Assembly (NCBI GenBank): GCA_022571415.1
Contig: JACZXW010000003.1
Location: 834 to 64,833 of the forward strand
Length of the DNA stretch: 64,000 bases
Direction of reading: 5' to 3'
DNA from: Pseudomonadota bacterium
GTDB taxonomy: Bacteria; Pseudomonadota; Gammaproteobacteria; Pseudomonadales; Azotimanducaceae
The position numbers were made by a program, and so were the translations under genes. Below are positions 55,486-64,000 of the stretch, piece after piece; the stretch's first letter is position 1; each line of letters starts with the position of its first letter. Under the pieces are notes generated by a model, which saw nothing but the letters and a program-made list of their open reading frames with translations, was not told the DNA's origin and did not search any database.

Positions 55486-56130
55486 CTAGGTTCCCCAGTG
55501 ATCCCAGTGCATGATGTCCGACGCCGGTGGTCGTTGCGCTCGCTTGAAATCAGTGCCCTTCGTGTAGGCCACCGGTAACAACGCAATCTGCAACACATCA
55601 TCAGGAATTCCCAGCAACTCAGCGGCTTCCTTTTCATTGAACAAATGCAGCGAGGTAAGACATGAACCTAATCCCCTTGCACGAAGTGCCAACTGAAAGC
55701 TCCATATGGCCGGGAATATCGAACCCATCATGGCCGACAGGGCGACCACGGGTGTTCCCTCTGGCGGGCGCCCCTGCAGGCAGGGAATGACATGTACTGG
55801 CACATGCTGCAGGTTTTCCGCCAGGTAAACGGCAGAGTCCAATACGCGCATCGTCTGGGCATCTCCGGATTCCTCAGCGATCTTCCCCTGCTCTTCAAGA
55901 TAAGGCCCGGACATCTTTCGATAAATATCAGCCAGCTTTGCTCGCTTGTCTGCATCTTCAACCACAATCCAGCGCCACCCTTGAGAATTCGTGCCGGTAG
56001 GCGCCTGCTGCGACAAGGCGATACATTCTTCTATAATCTCGCGCGGCACCGGCTTGTCAAAATCCAGTCGTTTTCGAACCGCCCGTGTCGTGGCTAAAAG
56101 TTCATCAGTCATGGTTAAATCAAATTGCAT
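55486..56130 (-). CDS. nitroreductase family protein
   Basis: 214 aa. TTRAVRKRLDFDKPVPREIIEECIALSQQAPTGTNSQGWRW is a typical nitroreductase N-terminus. Confidence 0.85.
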   Translation of the reverse strand: MQFDLTMTDELLATTRAVRKRLDFDKPVPREIIEECIALSQQAPTGTNSQGWRWIVVEDADKRAKLADIYRKMSGPYLEEQGKIAEESGDAQTMRVLDSAVYLAENLQHVPVHVIPCLQGRPPEGTPVVALSAMMGSIFPAIWSFQLALRARGLGSCLTSLHLFNEKEAAELLGIPDDVLQIALLPVAYTKGTDFKRAQRPPASDIMHWDHWGT

Positions 56131-56141
56131 ACTACTTCCCC

Positions 56142-56855
56142 TTAAAAGTTCTGTTGAATTTTTTCTGCCAGTAATTTTGGCAACAGCCTGTACACCTCAA
56201 CATTTGTAGCCATCCCAATATGAGAGCCACGAATCTCAAAGTGCTCTACATTTTTACTCACCTCATCAATACAGGCTTTCCATGAGACAATGCCATCGAA
56301 TTTGCTGTATATAGCACGTATTGGTACATCAATGGGGGTCAACTGACGCAGCCTTAGCAACTGCGACATCTCCCTGGATGTCAACCCTGTCTCCTTTTTT
56401 ATCATCGCGCCGATACTGGAAACATTGGTGCCTCCTTTCACCGGTGAGCCCATTGTAATGACCCTGTCGACCAGGGTGGGATGTTCTCTTGCCACCTCTC
56501 TTGCCAGAATTCCACCACGGCTCCAGCCGACGAGTGAGACTTTTTGCTGGTACTTCTGCGACAATTGCCGAACCTGGTCTGCAATGGGAGGCAGAAAATC
56601 CAGCATCCTCTTGCGATTGACCCCCAATCCCCAGGGATAGGCCTTGTAGCCAATACTCCTGAGAAATAGCCTCAGGATGAAGGTGGAATCGTCGTCCGCC
56701 ATAAAACCTGGAAGTACCACCACGGGTTCACCCTTACCTCGTTTCGCCTGTAATCGGATAAGCGGCATTGCCAGCATTAACTGCCCTGCCTCAATGCCAG
56801 CGCGCCCCTCCAGCATTCGCAGCATTAACCCGGGAGGGGTTATCTCTTCTCTCAT
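56142..56855 (-). CDS. alpha/beta-fold hydrolase
   Basis: Nucleophile elbow VGWSRGG (GxSxG). The start at MREEITPPG has GGAGG 8 nt upstream; the ORF track extends to 56906. Confidence 0.7.
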   Translation of the reverse strand: MREEITPPGLMLRMLEGRAGIEAGQLMLAMPLIRLQAKRGKGEPVVVLPGFMADDDSTFILRLFLRSIGYKAYPWGLGVNRKRMLDFLPPIADQVRQLSQKYQQKVSLVGWSRGGILAREVAREHPTLVDRVITMGSPVKGGTNVSSIGAMIKKETGLTSREMSQLLRLRQLTPIDVPIRAIYSKFDGIVSWKACIDEVSKNVEHFEIRGSHIGMATNVEVYRLLPKLLAEKIQQNF

Positions 56856-56921
56856 GCAGCTAACCTCCAAGGATGATGATTGAGGATTGCATATCGGCAT
56901 TAACATTGTAAAGTTGAACCC

Positions 56922-57749
56922 ATGAGAGACGAGATTCGAACCCGATTCGCCGAACTTGCCGCACTACCCGATGCGCAAATCAAGCTGGACGAAGCTGCTT
57001 TACTGATCGCCGCAGAAACAGAGGACGACATTGAGATACCTCTTTATCTCCAGGCACTGGATCAGCTGGCACATCAGTTTGAGCACAAGTTTGGCAGCAA
57101 CGTCAATTTAGGAATTTCGGTCAACAGCCTGATTGAGTTTATTCATGTGGAGGAAGGATTCAGCGGCAATGTCAAAAATTTCTACGACCCGGGTAACAGC
57201 TATCTGAATCGTGTTATTGACACCCGCGTTGGCATTCCTATAACCCTGGCCCTGGTTCATATCGCGCTCGGATCGCGCCTCGATATATCTGTTAGAGGAA
57301 TAAACTTCCCAGGTCATTTCCTGATTCGTTACGGCTCAGATAAACATGTCATTGTCGACCCATTTTCCGGGCGGATACTAAGCAAACCCGATTGTTCTAA
57401 TCTGTTACGTCAAATCGCAGGAGAAAAGGCAGTTCTGCAGGATGAATATTTTGAAATCGCCAGCAACAAGGATGTGCTTATCCGCATCCTGGATAATCTG
57501 AAGCAGATATTCTGGCGGCAAAAATCATGGGAAAAGAGCAAGGCCTGTATTGATCGGCAACTCTTGTTATTGCCTCACCGCGCCGAATTCAATGTTCAAC
57601 TCGGTGCGGTACACGAAATGCAGGGCAACGTCGCATTGGCACAGCACGCCTACATCGGCGTACTACAGGAATCGGAGGATGAGCAATTGCGCAATGTGGC
57701 CAGTAATCGTCTGCTTGCCCTTGAAGCAAGACCACATACAATTCACTGA
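56922..57749 (+). CDS. SirB1/transglutaminase-like plus TPR-like protein (UPF0162 family)
   Basis: YDPGNSYLNRVIDTRVGIPITLALVHIALGSRL...INFPGHFLIRY is the typical core of SirB1-N-type proteins. Confidence 0.7.
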   Translation: MRDEIRTRFAELAALPDAQIKLDEAALLIAAETEDDIEIPLYLQALDQLAHQFEHKFGSNVNLGISVNSLIEFIHVEEGFSGNVKNFYDPGNSYLNRVIDTRVGIPITLALVHIALGSRLDISVRGINFPGHFLIRYGSDKHVIVDPFSGRILSKPDCSNLLRQIAGEKAVLQDEYFEIASNKDVLIRILDNLKQIFWRQKSWEKSKACIDRQLLLLPHRAEFNVQLGAVHEMQGNVALAQHAYIGVLQESEDEQLRNVASNRLLALEARPHTIH

Positions 57750-57767
57750 TTAGCCTGTCATCATTCA

Positions 57768-58790
57768 TCAGGACTGTAACAGCGCCAGTGCAGCCTGGGC
57801 CCTCTTTGCCACGCTTTCTTTGTGCCTGTCAAGATCCACTTCACGCCCCTGACCCATGGCACCAACCAGGTAGCGCTTGTAGACACCCTGACCAATGGCA
57901 CCCAGGCGCCAATGGGCAAACGCCCGGTAGTAGTTGATACCAGAGAGATCCCGCCCGGTTTTTTCTTCGTAAATCTCGCAGAATTCCTCCCGACCAGGGT
58001 AACCCCCCGCGGCTGTGGGGGACTGGTCCCCCTCCCCTTGTTCTTCCGGTTCACCGGGCGAAACCCAATTGTTCAATATGTAACCCACATCAGCTAACGG
58101 ATCACCCAGGGTGCACAACTCCCAGTCAAGTATAGCCCTGACTTTACCGCCCGTGACAATCATATTCCCCAATCGATAGTCTCCATGGACAATAGCAGCC
58201 CCGATCTGCTCCGGCATGGTTTCGTTAAGAATGCGGCAACTTTCTTCCATTTCCGGCACTTCGTGGGTTTTTGATGCCTCCCATTGCCTTGTCCAGCGCT
58301 TAAGCTGACGAGCGAGATACGCTTCCTTCCTGCCAAGGTCACCCAATCCCACAGAATCCATATTTATCGAATGTAGATTGCATAGAATATCGATGACATG
58401 CAGTCCGATTGCACGCCTGTCTGATAGCTGAACCTGCGCACCGGCGACAGAATCGTTTAGCACCAATCCATCCACATAGTCCATGACATAGAAATCTGCA
58501 CCATTGACCTGCTTGTCTTTGCACAATCCATAGGTGACAGGCACCGGAACATCCGAGTCCCTCAGGGCATGGATGATTTTGTGCTCTCGTCCCATATCAT
58601 GAGCACTTTCAAGTATCTGTCCGAGTGGCGGCCTGCGTAACACATAAGTGTTACCGGCCGCGTCCTCACACTTAAAGGTCAAATTTGAATGACCACCAAC
58701 GATCAGCGAGAAACTGACATCGCCTTCCAGCGCGGGTACATGTTTTTTTAGCCAGGAGACAACTCCGGCTTTATTGACACCTTCAGGCAT
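57768..58790 (-). CDS. phosphotransferase (APH/choline-kinase-like) family protein
   Basis: YVLRRPP, the Brenner-like motif IVHGDYRLGNMI and ILDWELCTLGDP. Confidence 0.8.
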   Translation of the reverse strand: MPEGVNKAGVVSWLKKHVPALEGDVSFSLIVGGHSNLTFKCEDAAGNTYVLRRPPLGQILESAHDMGREHKIIHALRDSDVPVPVTYGLCKDKQVNGADFYVMDYVDGLVLNDSVAGAQVQLSDRRAIGLHVIDILCNLHSINMDSVGLGDLGRKEAYLARQLKRWTRQWEASKTHEVPEMEESCRILNETMPEQIGAAIVHGDYRLGNMIVTGGKVRAILDWELCTLGDPLADVGYILNNWVSPGEPEEQGEGDQSPTAAGGYPGREEFCEIYEEKTGRDLSGINYYRAFAHWRLGAIGQGVYKRYLVGAMGQGREVDLDRHKESVAKRAQAALALLQS

Positions 58791-58813
58791 CTTCTCTCCA
58801 ACTTTTGTGTAAA

Positions 58814-59311
58814 TTAAATACGACTGTAGCGCATGATCGTCTCACGATACGCAGGATAACTTTCGATCAGGCGATCTCTTTTCCCCAGTTCAAAATCATC
58901 CCATTCGAAGGCAGGACCGCAGGTCGAACCGATCAGCGCCCACTGCCCCCCTTGCGCCAATTGAGTTCCCTGCCAATGATGACGAGGAACAACCAGTTGC
59001 GGAGCTCCGCCCTGATCCAAGCCAGACAATCGTGTTTGAGTGAGATTGCCCTCAGGATCAATTTGAATGGTCTCGAGCGCATCGCCCGCATAAAAATGGA
59101 GAATCTCAACGATCTTGAGTCGATGCAGCGCCGAAAACCCTTCTTCGGTAATAAGATAATAGATTGAAGACTGCGATCGGTTTTCGGAATCCTGGTATAC
59201 CTCCGTGAAGTAACCGCCTTCATGTGGCAGAGGTTTCAGGTTGAATCGGTCGATGATCTCCTCGGCAGTCATACTAGTGGCGTCCAGCCCGGATACCGAA
59301 TACTCAAACAA
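58814..59311 (-). CDS. cupin-fold protein (DUF985/cupin_5-like)
   Basis: LKPLPHEGGYFTEVYQ is a typical N-terminal motif. The start may be at the downstream Met (59272). Confidence 0.7.
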   Translation of the reverse strand: MFEYSVSGLDATSMTAEEIIDRFNLKPLPHEGGYFTEVYQDSENRSQSSIYYLITEEGFSALHRLKIVEILHFYAGDALETIQIDPEGNLTQTRLSGLDQGGAPQLVVPRHHWQGTQLAQGGQWALIGSTCGPAFEWDDFELGKRDRLIESYPAYRETIMRYSRI

Positions 59312-59365
59312 TCATCATCGCTCTCCACAGAGCGCGGAACACGTCTTGATCTGGACATCAACTGA

Positions 59366-60781
59366 CTAGCCGCCTGCAGCCGCTTTTAATTCGTCATAAC
59401 TATCCTGCAGACATTGCGCAAAAAATTCCGGGTCCGGCATCATTTCGCGACAGGAGCTTGCGGTAATGGTGATATTTCCGTTATAGCTGAACACCGCAAA
59501 AATAAGGCCCATACCATCAAATATCGGGCCGAGTCCAAAATGGGTAACCAGCTTGGCACCGGCAGAATAAAGCGGGAATTGTGGTCCCGGCACATTGGTG
59601 ATCACGCAATTAAACGGTGCAGACATGGTTTCTGATAATCCCAGCTGGGTATAGAGTCGTGTCGCCAATGCCGCGGTGGTGGAAGGTATGAACTGGCTGA
59701 AATCCGTCATCAGTTTTGCACCCACGGCCTTGGTCATCTCCTTCGATGAGGACGCCGCTTCATGTACAGCCTTCATTCTTTCAAGCGGATCTTCTATATC
59801 GGTGCCGATGGCGACCGTCATGGCGGCCACCTGGTTACCCAGCGCTTTCTTCTGGTCATCGGAGCGCATTGAAATTGGCGCCATCGCCACCAGCGAATCC
59901 TGTGGCAAATCCTTCTTGGCTCCCAGGTATTTGCGGAGCGTGCCACCACATATCGTCAAGATGGCGTCGTTTACAGTCGCCCCTTCCACCTGTTTTTTTA
60001 TCTCGCGAATCACTGCCAAATCAAAGTTCCGGCCTTCGATCACCCTGTGCGCGGTAATGGCACCACTGAACCGGGTCTTGGGCACTGTCACGTTCACTTC
60101 AAATTTCTTTTCCCGCAATCCTTTCTGAAAGCGGCCAATCGCAGGGACTGCCTGCGCCATCACCTCGGCGAAACGGAACGGTTGGGTAATATTGTTAAAA
60201 TGCGCACGAGTCATCAGCTCAAAAGGATTGGGTGGATCTTCTCCGCGCCAGGGTGTATCCGGCAGTGGTGGCGCTTCCGGATAGGGCTCGAGACTGTGAA
60301 TAGCCTCAATTATATCGACACCTGAAACCCCATCAATGCATGCGTGGTGAATCTTGGTAAAGATGGCATATGAGCCCTTCGGCATGCCAGGCACATCATC
60401 CAGCCCCTCGATGACAGTGAATTCCCACAGGGGTTTTGTCAGGTCCAGCGGACGTGAATGTAAACGTGCGGTCTGGATACAGAGTTGACGCCAGTCCCCG
60501 GGTTCCGGCAAGCGTATGTGACGCACATGGAATTCAAGATCAAAGTCCTTGTCTTCAATCCAGTAGGGATGGTCCAGGTTAAACGGCACATCCACTTTTT
60601 TCTGGCGGAAGGTCTTCGCCAGGTGCAACCGCTCCTCAATAAACTTGAGAATATCCTTGAATCTTTGTTTGCCACCTTCGACTGTTGACGGATCGTAGAT
60701 CATCAAACCGCCGATATGCATTGGACTGGTAGGTGTTTCCCCGTACAAAAACGATGCATCCTGCCCGGACAACTGTTCCAT
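59366..60781 (-). CDS. wax ester synthase/diacylglycerol acyltransferase (WS/DGAT) family
   Basis: Catalytic HHxxxDG motif (HHACIDGVSG). 471 aa, with a typical N-terminus MEQLSGQDASFLYGETPTSPMHIG. Confidence 0.85.
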   Translation of the reverse strand: MEQLSGQDASFLYGETPTSPMHIGGLMIYDPSTVEGGKQRFKDILKFIEERLHLAKTFRQKKVDVPFNLDHPYWIEDKDFDLEFHVRHIRLPEPGDWRQLCIQTARLHSRPLDLTKPLWEFTVIEGLDDVPGMPKGSYAIFTKIHHACIDGVSGVDIIEAIHSLEPYPEAPPLPDTPWRGEDPPNPFELMTRAHFNNITQPFRFAEVMAQAVPAIGRFQKGLREKKFEVNVTVPKTRFSGAITAHRVIEGRNFDLAVIREIKKQVEGATVNDAILTICGGTLRKYLGAKKDLPQDSLVAMAPISMRSDDQKKALGNQVAAMTVAIGTDIEDPLERMKAVHEAASSSKEMTKAVGAKLMTDFSQFIPSTTAALATRLYTQLGLSETMSAPFNCVITNVPGPQFPLYSAGAKLVTHFGLGPIFDGMGLIFAVFSYNGNITITASSCREMMPDPEFFAQCLQDSYDELKAAAGG

Positions 60782-60884
60782 GGTAATTCCCCTGGGAAAC
60801 GACTGTTAACAGGAGGGTATCAATATTGTGATATGTTGTCTCTTTTACATTACCAATGGAAACCACCCTCTTATCACGTCGGTC

Positions 60885-61898
60885 ATGAAGATTAGAACTA
60901 CGCTTTGCCATGAAATCAGTGAGGATATTTCCATCCTCAAGTTGCAGCTAATAGATATCGCGGAACCTGCGGATGATGAGGTTCAAATCAGCGTCAGAGC
61001 CTGCGCGGTCAACTTTCCAGATCTTCTCATGATCCAGGATAAATACCAGTTCAAGCCGCCTCTTCCATTTGCCCCGGGCGGTGAGCTGGCAGGTGACGTC
61101 AGTGCCGTCGGACAAAACGTCGAAGACTTTAAAGTCGGCGACAGGGTCGTTACCGGGATCCGTTATGGGGGATTTTCAGAGGCAATCAATGTCCCTGCTA
61201 GCTCGGTCAGATCCATTCCCGGCACCATTGCCTATGAAAAAGCTGCATCTTACGGCACGGCCTATCTCACGGCATATGTCGCCCTGAATATCCGCGGTAA
61301 CCTGCAGGCTGGAGAAACGCTCCTGGTACATGGCGCTACCGGTGGCGTTGGTATGGCAGCCGTGGACCTCGGCAAACAGATGGGCGCACACGTGATCGCA
61401 ACGGGCGGCACCGATGAGAAACTAAAGGTCGTCAAATCACGGGGCGCAGACCATGTCATCAACTACACCATGGCCGACGGATCACTGGGCGGCTTTCGCG
61501 AAAAAGTAAAGGCGTTAACCAACGGCAACGGCGCCGACGTAATCTATGACCCTGTAGGCGGTAGCGTCTTCGATGAATCCATGCGCTGCATCAACTGGGG
61601 AGGCCGAATTCTCAGCATCGGTTTCACCAGCGGCGTTTGGCCAAAGGCCGCCGTGAACCACATCCTCATCAAACAGATTGCAGTGATTGGAGTACGTGCA
61701 GGAGAAATCGGCAGACGCGACCCCGAACTGGGCAGACGCAACAGCGAGGCACTCTACCAACTGCTAAAAGATGGAGCGATCGACCCTTATGTATGCGCCG
61801 GCTTTCCCCTCGAACAGGCCGTCGAGGCCCTGAAGATGCTGGAAGACAGAAAAGTAATCGGCAAGGTGGTGGTCACCATGAACGGGTATACCTTCTGA
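60885..61898 (+). CDS. NADPH:quinone oxidoreductase-like MDR protein
   Basis: LVHGATGGVGMAAVDLGKQMGAHV is the Rossmann motif. The ATG at 60885 is chosen. Confidence 0.85.
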   Translation: MKIRTTLCHEISEDISILKLQLIDIAEPADDEVQISVRACAVNFPDLLMIQDKYQFKPPLPFAPGGELAGDVSAVGQNVEDFKVGDRVVTGIRYGGFSEAINVPASSVRSIPGTIAYEKAASYGTAYLTAYVALNIRGNLQAGETLLVHGATGGVGMAAVDLGKQMGAHVIATGGTDEKLKVVKSRGADHVINYTMADGSLGGFREKVKALTNGNGADVIYDPVGGSVFDESMRCINWGGRILSIGFTSGVWPKAAVNHILIKQIAVIGVRAGEIGRRDPELGRRNSEALYQLLKDGAIDPYVCAGFPLEQAVEALKMLEDRKVIGKVVVTMNGYTF

Positions 61899-61972
61899 CG
61901 AAGTCGTCCTGAGCCGCAGCCGAAGGACCTCGTTGCTAGTTCCGGATGCCTGACGAGATCCTTCGACTTATC

Positions 61973-63178
61973 TCAGGATGACGGCTGCGCAGTCACAACG
62001 CCGCTTGCCAGCAATTTTTCAATGTCGCTCTCAGCGTATCCCGCCTCGAGCAGTATCTCGCGGGAATGTTCACCAATTTCCGGCGGGTCGGTCGGCGGTC
62101 TCTGATCCTCACCATGAATTTGAATGGGATTGGCAACGGTCCACTGGAAGTCAGGATTATCGGAATTGGTTTTGATGATTATTTCGTTCTCGATTAGGTG
62201 TGCGTCCTGCACGACATCAGAGATTTTCTCTATCGCTGCATAGGTCAGATTCTCCTTGTCCAGGGCGAGACAGATATCAGACAGATTCTTCGAGCCAATG
62301 ACGTCGCTAAACATGTCCCTGACCAGATCCCGCTGTTTCATGATGGCGCGAATATCAGGAAACCGTTCATCCTCAATCCATTCGGGATGACCGAGGCAGG
62401 TAACCAACTGCGGCCACTCTCTAGCTGGATTGGTCAGCACCAGAACAATGAAGCGCTCATCACGGGTCTTGTAAACCATGGCGAAGGGACTGCGATATCC
62501 CTTCTCATCCAGAATACTCCCCAGATCGTAACCCGCGATCACGCCCTGCAAATGCATGCCATTTGCCCAACACCCGTTGGCCACCAGGGACGTTGAAACA
62601 TATTTACCCTCGCCGGTCTTCTCCCGCTGGTACAGGGCCATCATAATGGCGCCAAACAACGTCATGGCAGAAGCATGGTCACCCACGCCCCCTACTGGAA
62701 ATGTTGGCGAGCCGCCATGTGGCTTAATCAAGTCCATGATGCCTGTTCTCGCCCACCAGCCAGTAATATCGAAGCCGCGCTTGTGCTTATCAGGACCTAC
62801 CGTGCCAAAGCCCGTGAGTTGTGCATAGATGAGCCTCTTGTTGCGCGCCTTTAACGCCTCGTACTCAAGTTCATACTTCTTAACCTGGTCCTCGCGAAAG
62901 TTAATCAGCAACACATCCGCATCGTCAATCAGCCGATGCAGGACCGCGCGGCCCTCCTCCTTTGAAATATCGAGACCAATATCACGCTTGTTACGCGAAG
63001 TGAGATGCCAGTTGTAGTCGTGATGGTATCGGCCATGCAGCAGTCGGTACGCATCACCTCTTGGTGCTTCCACCTTGATTACGTCGGCGCCATAGTCGGC
63101 CATAATCGTCGCAGCCCCGGGTGCAGCAAGAAACGAGGCTGCATCTATTACTTTCAAATCTTCCAGCATATAACTCAT
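61973..63178 (-). CDS. family III CoA-transferase (CaiB/BaiF)
   Basis: LKVIDAASFLAAPGAATIMADYGADVIKVE is a typical N-terminus. The start is at MSYMLEDLKV. Confidence 0.85.
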   Translation of the reverse strand: MSYMLEDLKVIDAASFLAAPGAATIMADYGADVIKVEAPRGDAYRLLHGRYHHDYNWHLTSRNKRDIGLDISKEEGRAVLHRLIDDADVLLINFREDQVKKYELEYEALKARNKRLIYAQLTGFGTVGPDKHKRGFDITGWWARTGIMDLIKPHGGSPTFPVGGVGDHASAMTLFGAIMMALYQREKTGEGKYVSTSLVANGCWANGMHLQGVIAGYDLGSILDEKGYRSPFAMVYKTRDERFIVLVLTNPAREWPQLVTCLGHPEWIEDERFPDIRAIMKQRDLVRDMFSDVIGSKNLSDICLALDKENLTYAAIEKISDVVQDAHLIENEIIIKTNSDNPDFQWTVANPIQIHGEDQRPPTDPPEIGEHSREILLEAGYAESDIEKLLASGVVTAQPSS

Positions 63179-63262
63179 ACACCAACCCCAACAACCGTTT
63201 GCATCCACATAGAAGAATCCCTATCTTAGCCCATTCAAATAAAAATCTCGGAACCGCTATTG

Positions 63263-64000
63263 ATGCAAAAACTCTCAATGTACAAGGTGCTACAAGACGT
63301 ATGGCAGGAACTGACGGCAGAAGGGGCGCCCTTCCATGTGGAAGAAATCCAAGTGCGAGACTCGCCCATGCGAGTCTATTCAGCTGCCCCACCGAGCTTA
63401 CGGGAACTCTGGCTCGCTTCCATGGCCCACGCCAGTAATGAATACCTGGTGTACGAAGAAGATCGCTGGACCTACCAGCAGGCCCACCAGGATGTGGCAT
63501 CCATCGCGAATTGGCTGCACAACCAGGGTGTAAATCCAGGCGACAGGGTTGCCATATCCATGCGTAACTACCCGGAATGGCTGCTCGTTTATTGGGCCTG
63601 CGTATCGACCGGTATCACCGCTGTAGGCCTGAACGCCTGGTGGATTGATGATGAACTCGACTACGGGTTAAAAGATTCTGCCCCCAGGGTTCTGATTTGC
63701 GATCAGGAAAGGCTGGATCGCTTCGATAATATCAAAGACAACTTTACCGATATGATCATCGTCGGCGTACGCCTGTCCAATTCTCGGGAGTACGTCATAC
63801 CCTACGCCGACCTGATCGCAACCGGTGGAGCACTGCCCGATGTAACGATAGATCCGGACGCTGATGCCTGTATTTTCTACACTTCCGGCACCACCGGCAA
63901 AGCCAAAGGCGCACAGCTGACTCACCGGGGTTGTGTGCATAACGTAATGAATCTCGGCTTCTGGGGGACTGCCATGTCATTGACCACCGCCAAAGTGAAC
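63263..64000 (+). CDS. AMP-dependent acyl-CoA synthetase, 3'-partial (runs off the window)
   Basis: My own translation from the ATG at 63263 is open to the window end. It includes DRVAISMRNYPEWLLVYWAC and the AMP motif FYTSGTTGKAKGAQLTH. It is absent from the ORF track because it has no stop codon. Confidence 0.8.
   Translation, partial: MQKLSMYKVLQDVWQELTAEGAPFHVEEIQVRDSPMRVYSAAPPSLRELWLASMAHASNEYLVYEEDRWTYQQAHQDVASIANWLHNQGVNPGDRVAISMRNYPEWLLVYWACVSTGITAVGLNAWWIDDELDYGLKDSAPRVLICDQERLDRFDNIKDNFTDMIIVGVRLSNSREYVIPYADLIATGGALPDVTIDPDADACIFYTSGTTGKAKGAQLTHRGCVHNVMNLGFWGTAMSLTTAKVN

Noticed and set aside
1-64000. I scanned for tRNA, rRNA, tmRNA or RNase P-like sequences, for example GGTTCGAATCC-type T-arms.
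   Set aside because: I found no convincing match in any intergenic region. Absence cannot be proven without tRNAscan-SE or Infernal.

Overview
The window is a gene-dense 64-kb bacterial chromosomal segment with about 65 CDS on both strands. I read it by eye only, with no searches. GC is around 50% in the few 60-nt lines I counted.

I could not recognise any rRNA, tRNA, CRISPR array, transposase, integrase or prophage genes.

Most genes look like the core and accessory metabolism of an aerobic, probably marine, heterotrophic Gammaproteobacterium; that taxonomic guess is inference only.
- Housekeeping and stress: recQ, pcm, bcp, trpF, trhO and a CspA-type cold-shock gene.
- Redox: two IorAB-like molybdopterin/2Fe-2S oxidoreductase pairs.
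- Lipid and xenobiotic catabolism: acyl-CoA synthetases, amidase, Nudix CoA pyrophosphatase, RND/MMPL exporter, LLM and ACAD-type flavoenzymes, quinone oxidoreductases, epoxide hydrolase, MaoC dehydratase, family III CoA-transferase and WS/DGAT.
- Envelope and regulation: a TonB-dependent receptor and an ECF sigma module.

Five things stand out.
1. At the left edge (14..4047) there is a tightly coupled four-gene operon. It encodes an ExbB/MotA-like channel, a degenerate Hsp70-fold protein with an FHA-like C-terminus, and two paralogous proteins. Each paralog joins an ExbD/TolR-like Asp-containing TM anchor to a coiled coil and a MIDAS-containing vWA domain. I cannot place this architecture in Ton, Tol, Mot or Zorya, and it is my best candidate for an undescribed PMF-driven system.
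2. A linalool-dehydratase/isomerase-family gene (27473..28975, minus strand) is one 500-codon frame with a single in-frame TGA. The TGA falls at the position of a catalytic Cys and is followed by a SECIS-like hairpin, so this is a candidate selenoprotein or a pseudogene.
3. A TIR-domain protein with two TM helices sits on an AT-rich islet (21115..22563).
4. A composite 15-bp plus 55-bp tandem repeat array lies in a convergent intergenic region (41736..42015).
5. Several operator-like repeat structures occur in intergenic regions.
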